In this document: positions 11,957-25,473 of the stretch, piece by piece
Position numbering within the stretch: the first letter of the stretch is position 1
How the letters are laid out: each line of letters starts with the position of its first letter
NCBI GenBank assembly: GCA_964016885.1
Contig: OZ024757.1
Location: 3,534,001 to 3,598,000 of the forward strand
Origin: Eledone cirrhosa
Taxonomy: Eukaryota
Length of the DNA: 64,000 bases
Direction: 5' to 3'
Translations under genes and position numbers: made by a program
Notes under the pieces: model-generated
The model's database searches: none
What the model was told of the DNA's origin: nothing
The model's input: only the letters and a program-made list of their open reading frames with translations

Positions 11957-12145
11957 AACGAAGGAGGTGTGGTAAGGAACCAGGTGGACCATAACGCACC
12001 AGAGTACTCAATACTTAGGGTAGTAGAGTGGGTAATAGGAAAATGTTTAAACCCGACAGCAGAGCTCAAGCCGTTTCAACGGCTATTTGTGGACAGAAAT
12101 CGCCGTCGAAACGGCTTGAGCTCTGCCGTCGGGGTTAAATATTTT

Positions 12146-12150
<5 letters not shown>
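11957..12150. mobile_element. Short (TA)n-embedded element with terminal fold-back (probable Penelope pLTR remnant)
   Basis: The first ~85 bp recur at 13025-13110. Positions 12035-12150 form a long imperfect hairpin. Confidence 0.55.
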
Positions 12151-12199
<49 letters not shown>

Positions 12200-12324
12200 C
12201 ATACATACACACACATAAATCTATATATGAATAATGCAAAAACATGTGAGAGGTTAATAATAGAAGAAGAAGAAGAAGAAGAAGAAGAAGAAGAAGAAGA
12301 AGAAGAAGAAGAAGAAGAAGAAGA

Positions 12325-12630
12325 AGATCTGCCCCATTACAACAAATGCTGGGTAAACACCCCCTCCCCATGAAACTTTTCTGTTGAAACTGATAAAAAG
12401 ATGTATGCCATTAGACCAGATGTTGTTTTGAAAAGTTTCACAGAAATACCAAGCCTCCTCATCAATATCACAGTCTTAATCGATATATGTGAAGAGGACC
12501 CACCAAATATTGAGCAGGTATGAAATGTGGAAACTCAACAATACTATAATACATAACAACCTCATGATATATGACTCTCTAAAATTAGAGAACCACCCAA
12601 CCGATTGTTTTCAAACTTTACACATGTAAT
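12325..12630 (+). mobile_element. Decayed Dong-like RLE 3' fragment following taataa/(GAA)n
   Basis: LPHYNKCWVNTPSP, then NFSVETDKK...IRPDVVLK..., parallels LPHQKNWWEHQPPP/NFSIQTDRK..NRPDIILK of the element at 54670. Confidence 0.65.
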
Positions 12631-12898
12631 ACTTATGGTCTTGTGAGTCTTTCAATTTCTTAGGGACGGCATTAGGCTATTTAGGGATCTCTCTCTATAA
12701 TTCTTATTTTTTCTTTTTAGATAGATACATAGATATAACGTCGTGCCCCTATAATATCTGTTTGTATGTCTGGCTGCCTGCATTACGACATTATGACGCT
12801 GTGTGTGTATATATATATGTATATATAGTGTGTGTATATATATATAGTGTGTAACGTTTTTCGAAATATTTACTTCTGCGTTCACAGATTGATTTTTT

Positions 12899-12949
12899 AG
12901 TTTCAGACGATCCCGTTAAGGGTGAAAGCAGCGATTCTTCGCTTAAACT
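12899..12949 (+). ncRNA. Degenerate type-I hammerhead ribozyme
   Basis: AGTTT-CAGACGA-tccc gttaa gggt-GAAA-gcagcgattcttcgc-TT-AAACT. Core U4 is replaced by A. Confidence 0.5.
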
Positions 12950-12960
12950 TTAATCTGTTA

Positions 12961-13024
<64 letters not shown>

Positions 13025-13027
<3 letters not shown>

Positions 13028-13159
13028 CGAAGGAAATGTGGTAAGGAACCAGGTGGACCATAACGCACCAAAGTACTCAATACTTAGGGTAGTAGAGTGG
13101 GTAATAGGAACGAGTAGGACCCCGACGGCTTGAGCTCAGTTGTCAGGGTCCTACTCGTT

Positions 13160-13164
<5 letters not shown>
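13025..13164. mobile_element. Second copy of the short (TA)n-embedded fold-back element
   Basis: Direct repeat of 11957-12040, followed by hairpin 13104-13164. Confidence 0.55.
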
Positions 13165-13196
<32 letters not shown>

Positions 13197-13339
13197 CCAA
13201 AGATTAATATGGTTCATTGATTACTCAATGAATATAGTTTTACAATATATTAAAAGCACTCTACAAAGAAGTTTTCTGGAGTTATTAATATTATTCAGAA
13301 TATTAATAAATGAAGACATTCACATAATCAAAATATATG

Positions 13340-13401
13340 TTTTATTATATATTTTTCGAAGGTACTGTGCTGTTTTTTAAGTACGTCCTCGTCAGATAAA
13401 A
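13340..13401 (-). ncRNA. Type-I hammerhead ribozyme in the PLE terminal repeat
   Basis: TTTTAT-CTGACGA-ggacgtact...agtaccttc-GAAA-aatata-TA-ATAAAA. Stem I is 6 bp and stem III is minimal. Confidence 0.75.
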
Positions 13402-15319
13402 TACATGAATTGATGTATGACGTACCTCAACGGTCTTGATGGTTCAATTCCATATTGGCAGTGATTTATTACAACAAATCATAACATTTATATACCACAA
13501 ATAATAACATGATAAACTTAAATTTAATGAAGAAGTGGAGCGAGATATGGATATAAGGAGGGTATGAGTATGAGGAAATGCGAGAAGAAAATAAATAAAT
13601 ACATACATAAATATTTAAATGCGTAAATAGAAAAAGGAAGAGAGAGAGAGGAGAGAAGAAGAAAGAAAGAAATAGCGGCAAAAAAGAAAGAAAGAAAAAT
13701 GATGTGTGACCGGTGCTTTCAAATATTAAGTCAAATAGAGGCGACCAATTAAATACCATGAAATTTTTAATATCTTTTGTATTTGGTTATGTTTAAGCTA
13801 ATTATACTAATATATTATATCAAAATTAAACAATATAAAAATATTTTCTATAGGAATTAAGTAATATATCTTCTAAATATTTTGTTACAATATTCAAAAA
13901 CATTTTTATCTTTAAACCATGTTTAAATACCTATTAAATATGTATAAGGATATTTATTAAAACCCATGCATATATCACCATCAGTATATGTATTTTATAT
14001 TATGTTAAGAATTATTATCTGAATTATTCTATTTCCATTATAAAATCATTTCAATTCATTGGTTGTCATTTCATTACTGGATTAATTAGTAGTTATATTT
14101 ACTCATAAAGTATTATTATTTCGATTTTACTTCCGTAATTACATCTTATTATATATAGTTTCCCTTTAAGGATTTTTCATATATTATTAAACTGTCTAAA
14201 TCATGTGAAATCACTAGCAAGCAATTTGGACAGAACAAAATTATTTACGAAGAATGTAAACAAAGGAAGATAACTCGTTCATCATATGTGAACATTTAAG
14301 ATATTTAAGTATTTTGAAAGCCAAAACATATTTCAAACCACAAATTCAGAAATTTCTAGTTAAACAATAACCTTTCTAAATCCAAACCTAGGATACCGAG
14401 ACTCATCATGAGATTAATTTACTATATAAAAACGATATACAATTTTTAAAGTAAGGCAAAACGTTATATATATTTCAAGAATTATTAATAGTCAATATTT
14501 TTTTCGAAATTTGTATAATGCTTGAAAGGTTCTTTCAGACTTATGTAGACAGCTTCCAAATAATTCTTTCTTCTTATTAATTAAATTACCATAATTTGTA
14601 ATTATTAATAGAGTTTCTAAATTGCAAAGATTGCGATTTGGTGAAATGGATGCGTTTCGGTAGGAATCAGATCAAAGACCATATTAAATGTGATAGTGAT
14701 GTAGAACATTTTTTTTCTGGATTAGAAAACGAATGTTTATGATTGGAAAAGCGAAACTTAAAGTTCGATGGCACCAATGTAGTTATAAGTATTATTATTA
14801 TTTGTCTTAATGGTACATTTATACACTAGATTCTTGTCAAGGCAATTATTTTGTAAAGGGCATTCAGATTTCCTTCTACAGTTACAATTCAATTCAATGT
14901 TATTTCTATAACCTAAACTATTCGTATTATCATTATTATTTCTAGCTGTTCTACTATTATTCATATTTAAAATATTGTTATTGTTATTCACATTAACTAA
15001 TGTATTATTATTATTATTGTTATTATCGCTAATTATATGCTGGTTCAAATTAAGAATTTTACTATTAATTTTTGCAATATTTTGAGCAATATTCATAGTT
15101 ACTGAATAAGAGAGTTTAACTGTGTGCCTATTGAAGATGGAAACATTTATCCAAGGCTTTAAAAAATAAATGTGCTAAAGGTGTTTTAATAGCTAAAGAT
15201 GCTGGTGGTGCATACCAAATTGTAGATTTAGTCCTTATTTTTTTCCCCGATTTATTCCTCAAGTTGTTTTTACGTTCAGTTCTATTTTTATTATTATGAA
15301 TACTGTGTTTATAATTAAT

Positions 15320-15507
15320 TGTTTCTACCTTTTGGCACAAGGCCAGCATTTACCCAGTGCTTTACTGGTACTTTATTTTATCGACCCCATAAGGATGAAA
15401 GGCAAAGTTAACCTCGGCGGGATTTGAACTCAGAATCGTAACTCAGGCCGTAACTCTATGCGTCAAAGCATGGCGTCCGACCCTCTACCGATACTGTCAA
15501 TCAAGCC
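15320..15507 (-). mobile_element. tRNA-derived SINE inserted in PLE 1, with 17-bp TSD
   Basis: TSD ctgtgtttataattaat at 15303-15319 and 15508-15524. B-box gagttcaaatccc on the minus strand. Confidence 0.88.
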
Positions 15508-16360
15508 CTGTGTTTATAATTAATATTATTTTTTTCTACATATTCAATATTATATTTATATCCTGCTTTATGCAACGCTTCATTATATTATACAGCCTTA
15601 CTATTAAATATGGATCTATTAGCAGATAGTCTGGATGTTCGTTGTTGGATCTAAAAAATTAACTATTTTATTGTTATTTTTCACTTCTAATTTCAGGTCA
15701 TAATTTAAAAAAAATTCTATAATTACTTTCTTTACTCTATTTAATTCACTATTATTATGCCTAACTACAGTAAATAATATGTCGTCTCTATATAAACCAC
15801 CGGTAATCTCCAGCAGTTTTCTATTTATCATATTAAGGATGAAAATTCTCCCAAGATCGGTAACTTGCGCCGAATCAGACGAGCCCATAGTAATGTCAAA
15901 GTTCTTCTGCCTATCGGATCTAGTCCAAAGATCATTATTAAAATCGATAAAGGTTCGCCTTGCCGTTAAAATAATATTAATCTCGTCACTAGATAGATCC
16001 GTGTATTTATATGCATATGAAAGCGCAGTTAGAAAGTTAGGAGTAATTGAGGAATAATAACTCGCTATGTCCATTTGATTGAATTTATGATTTTTCTTAT
16101 TTTCGATATTATTGAACCAATCTATGACTTCACTAGTGACCTTCCATAACTTAAGCCTTGACCTCAATTTTAACATTGACAAAATCCTATCTATTATGTT
16201 TTTACTAATTATTCCAAGGTCGGATTTCGAAGGTGCAATAAGTCTAACAGGTAAGACCTCTTCGAAATTTCTTTTATGGTCTTTAAAATTTATCCGCAGT
16301 TGTCTTGGTATGAAATGTTTAATAATGTATGAAAAATCCTTAAAGGAAACTATATATAAT

Positions 16361-16548
16361 TGTTTCTACTTTTGGCACAAGGCCAGAAATTACCCAATAT
16401 ATTACTGGTACTTTATTTTATCGACCCCGTAAGGATGAAAGGCAAAGTTAACCTCGGCGGGATTTGAATTCAGACCATAAAGGGCCGTAGCTCTTTGCTG
16501 CAAAGCATGGCGTCAGACCCTCTACCGATACTGCCAATCCACCGCCAT
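16361..16548 (-). mobile_element. tRNA-derived SINE inserted in the inverted arm, with 17-bp TSD
   Basis: TSD aggaaactatatataat at 16344-16360 and 16549-16565. Absent from the other arm (~14150). Confidence 0.88.
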
Positions 16549-17339
16549 AGGAAACTATATATAATAAGATGTAATTACGGAAGTAAAATCGAAATAATAC
16601 TTTATGAGTAAATATAACTTCTAATTAATCCAGTAATGAAATGACAACCAATGAATTGAAATGATTTTATAATGAAAATAGAATAATTCAGATAATAATT
16701 CTTAACATAATATAAAATATATATACTGATGGTGATATATGCATGGGTTTTAATAAATATCCTTATACATATTTAATAGGTATTTAAACATGGTTTAAAG
16801 ATAAAAATGTTTTTGAATATTGTAACAAAATATTTAGAAAATATATTACTTAATTCCTATAGAAAATATTTTATATTGTTTAATTTTGATATAATATATT
16901 AGTATAATATATTATAACTAAATACAAAAGATATTAAAAAGTTCATGTTATTTAATTGGTCGCCTCTATTTGACTTAATATTTGAAAGCAACGGTCACAC
17001 ATCATTTTTCTTTCTTTCTTTTTTGCCGTTATTTCTTTCTTTCTTCTTCTCTCTTCTATCTCTCTCTCTCTCTCTCTTCCTTTTTCTTCCCTAATACGTC
17101 TATTTACGCATTTAAATATTTATGTATGTATGTATTTATTTATTTTCTTCTCGCATTTCTTCATACTCATCCCTTCATTATATCCATATCTCGCTCCACA
17201 TCCACTTCTTCATTAAATTTAAGTTTATCATGTTACTATTTGTGGTATATAAATGTTAAGATTTGTTGTAATAAATCACTGCCAATACTGGAATTGAAGT
17301 ATCAAGTCCGTTGAGGTATGTCATACATCAATTCATGTA

Positions 17340-17401
17340 TTTTATCTGACGAGGACGTACTGAGAAAACAGCACAGTACCTTCGGAAAATATATAATAAA
17401 A
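17340..17401 (+). ncRNA. Type-I hammerhead ribozyme (inverted copy of 13340-13401)
   Basis: TTTTAT-CTGACGA-ggacgtactg...cagtaccttcg-GAAA-atata-TA-ATAAAA. Confidence 0.72.
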
Positions 17402-17464
17402 CATATATTTTGATTATGCGAATGTCTTCATTTATTAATATTCTGAATAATATATATATATATA

Positions 17465-18949
17465 TTACTTTTGCCAGGAATGTTACCACCATAACCTATG
17501 ATGAGCAAGATGTTCTCCTCCATGCCCGTAAGTCCTTTCTATACCACGATGGATCTTACTGGATCAACAAGAAGTCTCAGACCCCATTTGACGTCATCAT
17601 GGGAGCGAGTGACTCGGCTGAAATAAGCGACCTTGTGGGCCTGTACATTTTACATAACCTGAAGAACCTCTTTACTTGCCTAACCGGAGGTTTATACCGA
17701 GACGACGGCCTCTTCTCCCTGCACATGGTTAACTCCAGAACCACCGATGGGTTTCGGAGAAACTTAAGCTCGTTCTTCCGTAATCTAGGATTTAGTATAA
17801 CTATATAATCTAATATGACTAGGGCCAACGTTTTAGATGTCACTCTCGATCTAGATACTTCCTTCTATTACCCGTACCACAAACCTAATGAGTCCCTTAG
17901 ATATATTAATGTTAATTCTAACCACCCCAAAAACATCACTGATAACTTAGTAAAAAGCGTCTCTATTAGAATCTCTCGGCCAATGAAGATATATTTAACG
18001 CCTCTGCCTCCTACTAAAATGACGCCCTCGCCCGCAGCGGATTTAAAGAAAAGATAACCTACCTATAAACCACCGCAAGACTGCAGAGGAGGAATAGGCA
18101 TAGGCAGATTAGCTGGTACAATCCTCCCTTCTATAGAGAGCTCTCTACACCTATAGCTAGGATTTTCTTCACTTTGCTGAACACACACTTCCCCATACAA
18201 CATAGGTACTACTCCATCTTTAATAAGAACACAATAAGACTCTCCTACTACACCTAACCTTGCTAGGAATGTAGCCAATCACAATTCTAAAAAATTAAAT
18301 AAACCAACCACCTTCGAACCCAATCCCCGGACTGAGGCCTTGTGTAATTGCCTAAATAAGGAAGCCTGCCCTATTGAAAACAAATGCCTGACAAATGATA
18401 TCGTATACAAATGCGATGTCATCTCAGGCACCGATGATTGCAACAACAAAAAGACTTACATCGGCATGACTTCCAATAATTTCAGACTCGGTGGTAAGCC
18501 CATACCCACTCCTTCAGAAAACCGGACAAACCAAATCAGACAACACTCGCCTCCTATGTTTGGGACCTCAAAAGGAACTCCACCCCCTTCGCGCTTAAAT
18601 GGAAAATACTCCAGGAAGCGCGCTCATACAACGGAGGACACAGGTGTTGCGACCTTTGTATCTCAGAGAGCTACGAAATATTATTCGCCAAGGGCCCGCT
18701 ACTGAACAAATTCTCTGAACACTGCCCGAACTGCATGCACAAAAACTTTGCAACTTTCAAATACCGTAAGCCAGTGTTAGTGCCGGATGGCTAAAAACGA
18801 CTTCCCCCTTTTTTTAAAACGCCAGCCGACAAAATAGCCCCTCTACCTCCTTCCCACTCCACCCCTACCTCTTCTCAACCTGAAACACGGAACTATGGTT
18901 ATGTAAGTACCTCTTATCTATCTGCATTTTCTGCTTGTAGAGCTGATTT

Positions 18950-18950
<1 letters not shown>
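17465..18950 (+). mobile_element. Penelope-like element (Naiad-type) 2, 5'-truncated and frameshifted
   Basis: PFDVIMGASDSAEISDLVG, GGLYRDD, YHKPN..YINVNSNHP, CNCLNKEACPIENKC, IVYKC...TYIGMT. Begins directly after (TA)n. Confidence 0.9.
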
Positions 18951-19732
<782 letters not shown>

Positions 19733-19813
19733 GGCGGTCATTCTAGCACGGAGCGGTACCATCGCTGAACATTAATATCGGTAAGGCTTTTTTATATCGA
19801 TATTTGTCGGGCA

Positions 19814-19934
19814 TCCACTGATGATTTATAAGTGCGCACCTACATATATTCCTACGGACTATGTGTTGGCTTCTACATAACCTGGACATATTTTCCCAAT
19901 TTGTAGAAAACTTATAATGAAACGATCGTTTGGA
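19814..19934 (+). ncRNA. Type-I hammerhead ribozyme with ~80-nt insert in stem II
   Basis: TCCA-CTGATGA-tTTATAAG...CTTATAAt-GAAA-CGATCG-TT-TGGA. Stem III region AACGATCGTT is palindromic. Confidence 0.65.
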
Positions 19935-20334
19935 AAGAGAGATGTATTTTAATTATGTCTCATATAAAATAATACAACTGGCTATCCGCAAAATACGTAT
20001 AGTTTGCACCCCAAACGTATAATTGGGATTATACTAAGGTATATCCTAATGTTTGTTGAGTGAGACGGAAGCCGGTCGGAGTATTGCTTAAAGCTTTCTC
20101 TGTTAATGTATTAAATATATATATATATATAAAGAAAAACCACAAACCCTCCATCTCAACTCTACTTTTGAAAATCAGAAGAACTGCGAAACCGGTAAAG
20201 GAACCAAATAAATATATATATATTTTTTTTAATAACACTCCAGTTGCATTTTCGATTTTATCTTTTTTTCTTTATACTTTCACTCGTGTAGGACACCGGT
20301 TATTTTTCATTTTGTAAAAAAACCTCACTTTCTA

Positions 20335-20767
20335 ATATATATATATATATATATATTGTTTTATCTATGTGTATATATGTGTATGTATGTGTGTATGTGT
20401 GTATATCTATGTATATCTATGTGTGTGAGTATATATGTTTGTATATGTATATGTATGTGTGTTTGTATGTATGCGTGTATGTATTTGTATGTATATGTGT
20501 ATTTGTATGTATATGTGTATATGTGTATGTATGTATGTATATATATATATATATATGTATATGTATGCATGTGTGTGTGTGTATGTATGTGTATATATAT
20601 ATATATATATATGTGTGTGTATATATGTGTATGTGTATATATGTATATATATATATATATATATATACATGTGTGTATGCGCGTATATATATATGTGTGT
20701 ATGTATATATGTATATGTATATATTTATATATATATGTGTGTATATAAGTGTATATGTATATATATG

Positions 20768-20822
<55 letters not shown>

Positions 20823-20879
20823 ATATATATGTGTGTATATAAGTGTATATGTATATATATGTATACATATATATATATG

Positions 20880-20910
<31 letters not shown>

Positions 20911-20917
20911 GTATGTG

Positions 20918-20979
<62 letters not shown>

Positions 20980-20986
20980 TACACAT

Positions 20987-21067
<81 letters not shown>

Positions 21068-21073
21068 TATGTA

Positions 21074-21156
<83 letters not shown>

Positions 21157-21212
21157 ATGTGTGTGTGTATGTGTGTGTGTATGTGGACTCCACAACTTAC
21201 CGTGGATATCTG

Positions 21213-21249
<37 letters not shown>

Positions 21250-21281
21250 GTACATGTGTATATATATATATATGTATATGA

Positions 21282-21332
<51 letters not shown>

Positions 21333-21435
21333 CATGTATGTATGTGTGTATGTATATGTATGTATATATGTATATGTGTGTATGTATATATATATGTGTG
21401 TGTGTATGTATACGTATATATATATATATATACAT
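20335..21435. repeat. Compound (TA)n/(TG)n microsatellite
   Basis: Directly visible. Confidence 0.97.
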
Positions 21436-21446
21436 TGTATAGAAGG

Positions 21447-21497
21447 AGCTTCTACAGGACTAGAACTGTTTCATTCAGATGAAATCTTCTGGAAGCT
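21447..21497 (-). ncRNA. Degenerate type-I hammerhead ribozyme
   Basis: GCTTC-CAGAAGA-tttcatctgaat-GAAA-CAG ttctagtc CTG-TA-GAAGC. All three stems are present but core U4 is replaced by A. Confidence 0.6.
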
Positions 21498-21717
21498 GGG
21501 TGTCATATTAAGTTCTGGTATTTATACATTTAGCTAGTGCTAAGGGAGGGGTGGTTACTGGGGGGGGGGGGGGGTAGGTTGGTATTTAGATACACAGGAC
21601 CATAACATGGCACAGACCGTTATTTCTTTGGCGAGTGGTCAATTAGCCGGAGTGCTTTTGTAAAATAAAAATAAAAATAAAAAGTAAATAAATAAATAAA
21701 TAAATAAATAAATATAT

Positions 21718-21931
21718 AAATAAAAATAAGTAAAAACTCCAAGAATTGTAATTCAACAGATATATAGTAGGGACATTTTTTTAAGTGGGTTCGTATTAGA
21801 AGATAAACAAGACCGAATCATGGCACAGACCATTGTTCTATGGTGAGTGGTCAAGTTAACCCACTTAAAAAAATTTCACTACTATATATCTGTTGAATTA
21901 CTATTCTTGGGGTTTTTACTTATTTTTATTT
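21718..21931. repeat. Imperfect ~74-bp inverted repeat with ~66-bp spacer
   Basis: 21718-21791 pairs with 21858-21931. Confidence 0.85.
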
Positions 21932-22050
21932 ATTTATTTATTTACTTTTTCTTTTTCTGTAGAATCTCATCTATTTTAAACTATATATATATATATATTT
22001 AAAATAAAGTTAAATAAAAGTCAAATGATTAAAATTTAGCTTCGTTTATT

Positions 22051-22105
22051 ACTGCTATATATATTTCAGTGACAGCCATCTTTGGCTGTGACCTCTTCAG
22101 GCAGT
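22051..22105 (-). ncRNA. Type-I hammerhead ribozyme, intact core
   Basis: Reverse complement of 22309-22363. Confidence 0.82.
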
Positions 22106-22308
22106 TTGAATTAGTATGGTATAGACAAGTACATATGTTGTTTAGGTGTATGATATTGTCAATACTCTGATATGCCCAGTTCCTTGTCGGGTTGTTAATT
22201 CACTGAGGAACTGGAGTCATATGACTCCAGTTCCTCATTGAATTAACAATATTGACAATATCATACACCTAAACAACATATGTACTTGTCTATACCATAC
22301 TAATTCAA

Positions 22309-22363
22309 ACTGCCTGAAGAGGTCACAGCCAAAGATGGCTGTCACTGAAATATATATAGCAGT
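22309..22363 (+). ncRNA. Type-I hammerhead ribozyme, intact core
   Basis: ACTGC-CTGAAGA-ggtcACAGCCAaagaTGGCTGTcact-GAAA-tatata-TA-GCAGT. Stem III is palindromic (AT)n. Confidence 0.82.
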
Positions 22364-24109
22364 AATAAACGAAGCTAAATTTTAATCATTTGACTTTTAT
22401 TTAACTTTATTTTACACTACTCCGGAGTAACCAAACCAACCTGCGCACTTCGTCGAGTGCTCAAGCCTGCATACTGAGGTGTTGGTATACAACCAACATA
22501 AACTCAAAATCTATATATATATTTATATATATACATATATATATATCAGACCCTTTTAGCGAAAGCTTTAAATTTCGCTAGAAGGTTTACTAATATCTCC
22601 GATATTGAAGAGAATGTCATCTTGCACGCTAGAAACACTCTACTCTTTACTGATAATGACACTTGGGTAAAAATATCTAACCCAGAGAGCCCATCCGATG
22701 TCTCAATGGGCTCTTATGACAGTGCTGATGTTTGTGATTTGGTCGGCCTATTCCTCCTACATACACTTAAAGAAAAATTTCCTAACCATACTTTTGGGCT
22801 TTATCGCGACGATGGTCTAATACTTTCCCATACCACCATAGGCCATATCTTAGATAGATTAAAGAAATGACTTAATAAAAACCTTCGCTAGTTTTAATCT
22901 TAAAATTACTATTGACACTAACCTTTCCAATGTAGATTTCCTAGATATAAACCTAGATTTGCCTACTGCTTCTTATAAACCATACCATAAACCTAATGAT
23001 AACTTAAAATATATAAATAAAGGCTCTTGCTATCCTCCTATAGTTTTTAAAAACCTTATCCCTAATATTAGCCGTAGGATCTCCACCCTCTCTTCCTCAG
23101 AAGCTATTTTTAATAAAGCATCCCCCTACTATAATAAAGCCCTCCAAAATAGCGGTTTTAGCGAACCGATTAAATACATACCCAACTATACTAACTCTAT
23201 TAAACATAAAAACAGGAAAAGTAAAATAATCTGGTTCACACCCCCCTACTCTCTAGCAGTTAAAACTAATGTAGGCAAAAAATTCCTAGAGCTCCTAGAT
23301 AAACATTTCCCTAGAACACATAGATACTATAAGATCTTTAACAGAAACTGTGTCAAAATTAGCTATTCCTGCGGTCCCCCTATTAAGTCCTATATCATCA
23401 ACAAAAAATGACCTAGAGAAAATCAAAATTGCTCCTGTAGAATCAAAAGTGAATGCCCATTACAAGGTAAATGCAACACCAAAGCCATTGTATATGCGGC
23501 TAAAGTGACAACCATCAGCAACAACCATTCAGCCACCAGTGAACGATATGTGGGTATGACGCAAGACAAATTCAAAACGCGTTATTACTCACATGTCGCA
23601 TCCTTTCGACATCCCGAAGAAAGATTTACAACAGCTCTGGCTAACAGAATTTGGGATTTGAAAGACCAAGGCATCCAATATAAATTGGATTGGTCAATTT
23701 TGAACCAATCTAAAGAATATACAAGACGGAAATTTTCACCAGTTGCCCACACATGAAATCACACCTGCTTTCCAGCTCATATAAACTTTCAAACACACTT
23801 TCAGATACTTATCCTCCATAAACTCTTATTATTCTCTTTATAACTACCCTTTCTGATTTACTTTCATTTTTATCCTTATTATTAATTTCATTTATTTTTA
23901 TTTTTATTTTTATTTTTATTTTTATTTTTATTTTTATTTTTATATATTTTATTTTTATTTTTATTTATTTATTTTTTTTTACTTCACATCCACCAATACT
24001 CCGATACTTTATTCTCCGATTCACTTACCTAATATCTTCACTTTCCATTTTTTACTTCCCTATTTTCTTCACTAACTGAATACACGGTCATTTGCGTTTT
24101 CCACTCTAG

Positions 24110-24128
24110 ATATTTTTTATTTTTATTT

Positions 24129-24165
<37 letters not shown>

Positions 24166-24440
24166 ATTTTTTTATTTTTTATTTTTTATTTTTTATTTTT
24201 TATTTTTTATTTTTTATTTTTTTTATTTTTTATTTTTTATTTTTTATTTTTTATTTTTTATTTTTTATTTTTTATTTTTTATTTTTTATTTTTTATTTTT
24301 TATTTTTTATTTTTTATTTTTTATTTTTTATTTTTTATTTTTTATTTTTTATTTTTTATTTTTTATTTTTTATTTTTTATTTTTTATTTTTTATTTTTTA
24401 TTTTTTATTTTTTATTTTTTATTTTTTATTTTTTATTTTT
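24110..24440. repeat. (TTTTTTA)n heptamer tract
   Basis: Directly visible. Confidence 0.95.
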
Positions 24441-25473
24441 GCGCAGCCAATCTTATAATTTTATATTTGTACTTACTTACCCACAAGTTTTTTACACCCT
24501 GTATCTATGTGTCTGAACGCCTTAATGTGTGTATACTTTCTATGTATGTACACGAGCGCCTACGTATGTGCACGCGCGTGCGTGTATATATATATATGTA
24601 TGTGTATGTGTATGTGTCTTTATATCCGTGTTTTTACTTCTAGGGTTTTTGTTTTGTTTCTGTTTTCTTCTTCCCCTTTTTTTACATCCTCATTTTTATG
24701 CGTGTGCATGCAAACAGGTCAATATGCGTGAGTGTAAGTATGTGTGTGTGTGTGTGTGTGTGTGTACGTATCTAATGTATGGATGTGTAAGTGTGCGTGT
24801 GTATATAAGCATGTATATTTTGTGTTTCTTTTGTGTGTGTGTGCGAGTGTGTATACAATCGCGTGCGTGCGCGTGATTAGATATACATGGGGCGAGGCTT
24901 ATTTATATTCGTATTTATGTGTATCCTGTGTGTGTAGATGTGCTTGCATACGCTTTTGTCTGCATGTTTTTTTGCGTGTATATATATATTTCTTATAGAT
25001 ATACGTTTCTTGTAGATATACATGTGTGTGTATGCGTGTACCTTGTTTGTCTTCTTTTCTTTAATTTTTTCTTTCTAAAATATAGTTCCATTTTTATAAA
25101 TATATCGAGATTGATACTTTCCTTTAATTATTACACTCCCTTACCTCTTTTACTTCCGCATATAAGTGTACGTGTGTGTAGGTGTGTTTATGCGCGTGCC
25201 TTCATATTCTTATGATGTATCTATTCTGTCTGTAGTTTACAGATACACAGATACATTTGCCCTAAAATATATATTTACGCACACTTTTTCACTATACGTA
25301 TACATTTGTGCATACACATATATGCACATATGTGAGCGTATATACATACATATACACACACCTAACTATATTTCTTGAAAGATTTTTATATATTTCATAT
25401 TGTAATTCATTTGTCTATTTTTTTTTGCTTTTCTTGATAAGACTTTCCAAGTATTTAGCCATGTTTTATATTG

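Larger units (their letters stand above)
13197..17452 (-). mobile_element. Penelope-like element (Naiad-type) 1 with inverted ~900-bp terminal duplication
   Basis: RT FDITMGSSDSAQVTDL and GGLYRDD. Linker CNCRRKSECPLQNNC. GIY-YIG start LVYKC...YIG. Segment 13289-14192 is repeated inverted at 16317-17452. (TA)n at both ends. Confidence 0.9.
22000..22414. repeat. ~415-bp near-perfect palindrome (inverted pLTR) with a hammerhead in each arm
   Basis: Centre ctggagtcat|atgactccag at 22220/22221. Arms match except for a ~26-nt extra segment at ~22165-22190. Confidence 0.93.

Noticed and set aside
23409-23411. In-frame TGA in PLE 3 as a possible selenocysteine codon
   Set aside because: It lies in a variable linker, not at a conserved Cys. 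The copy has other disruptions, and I recognised no SECIS.
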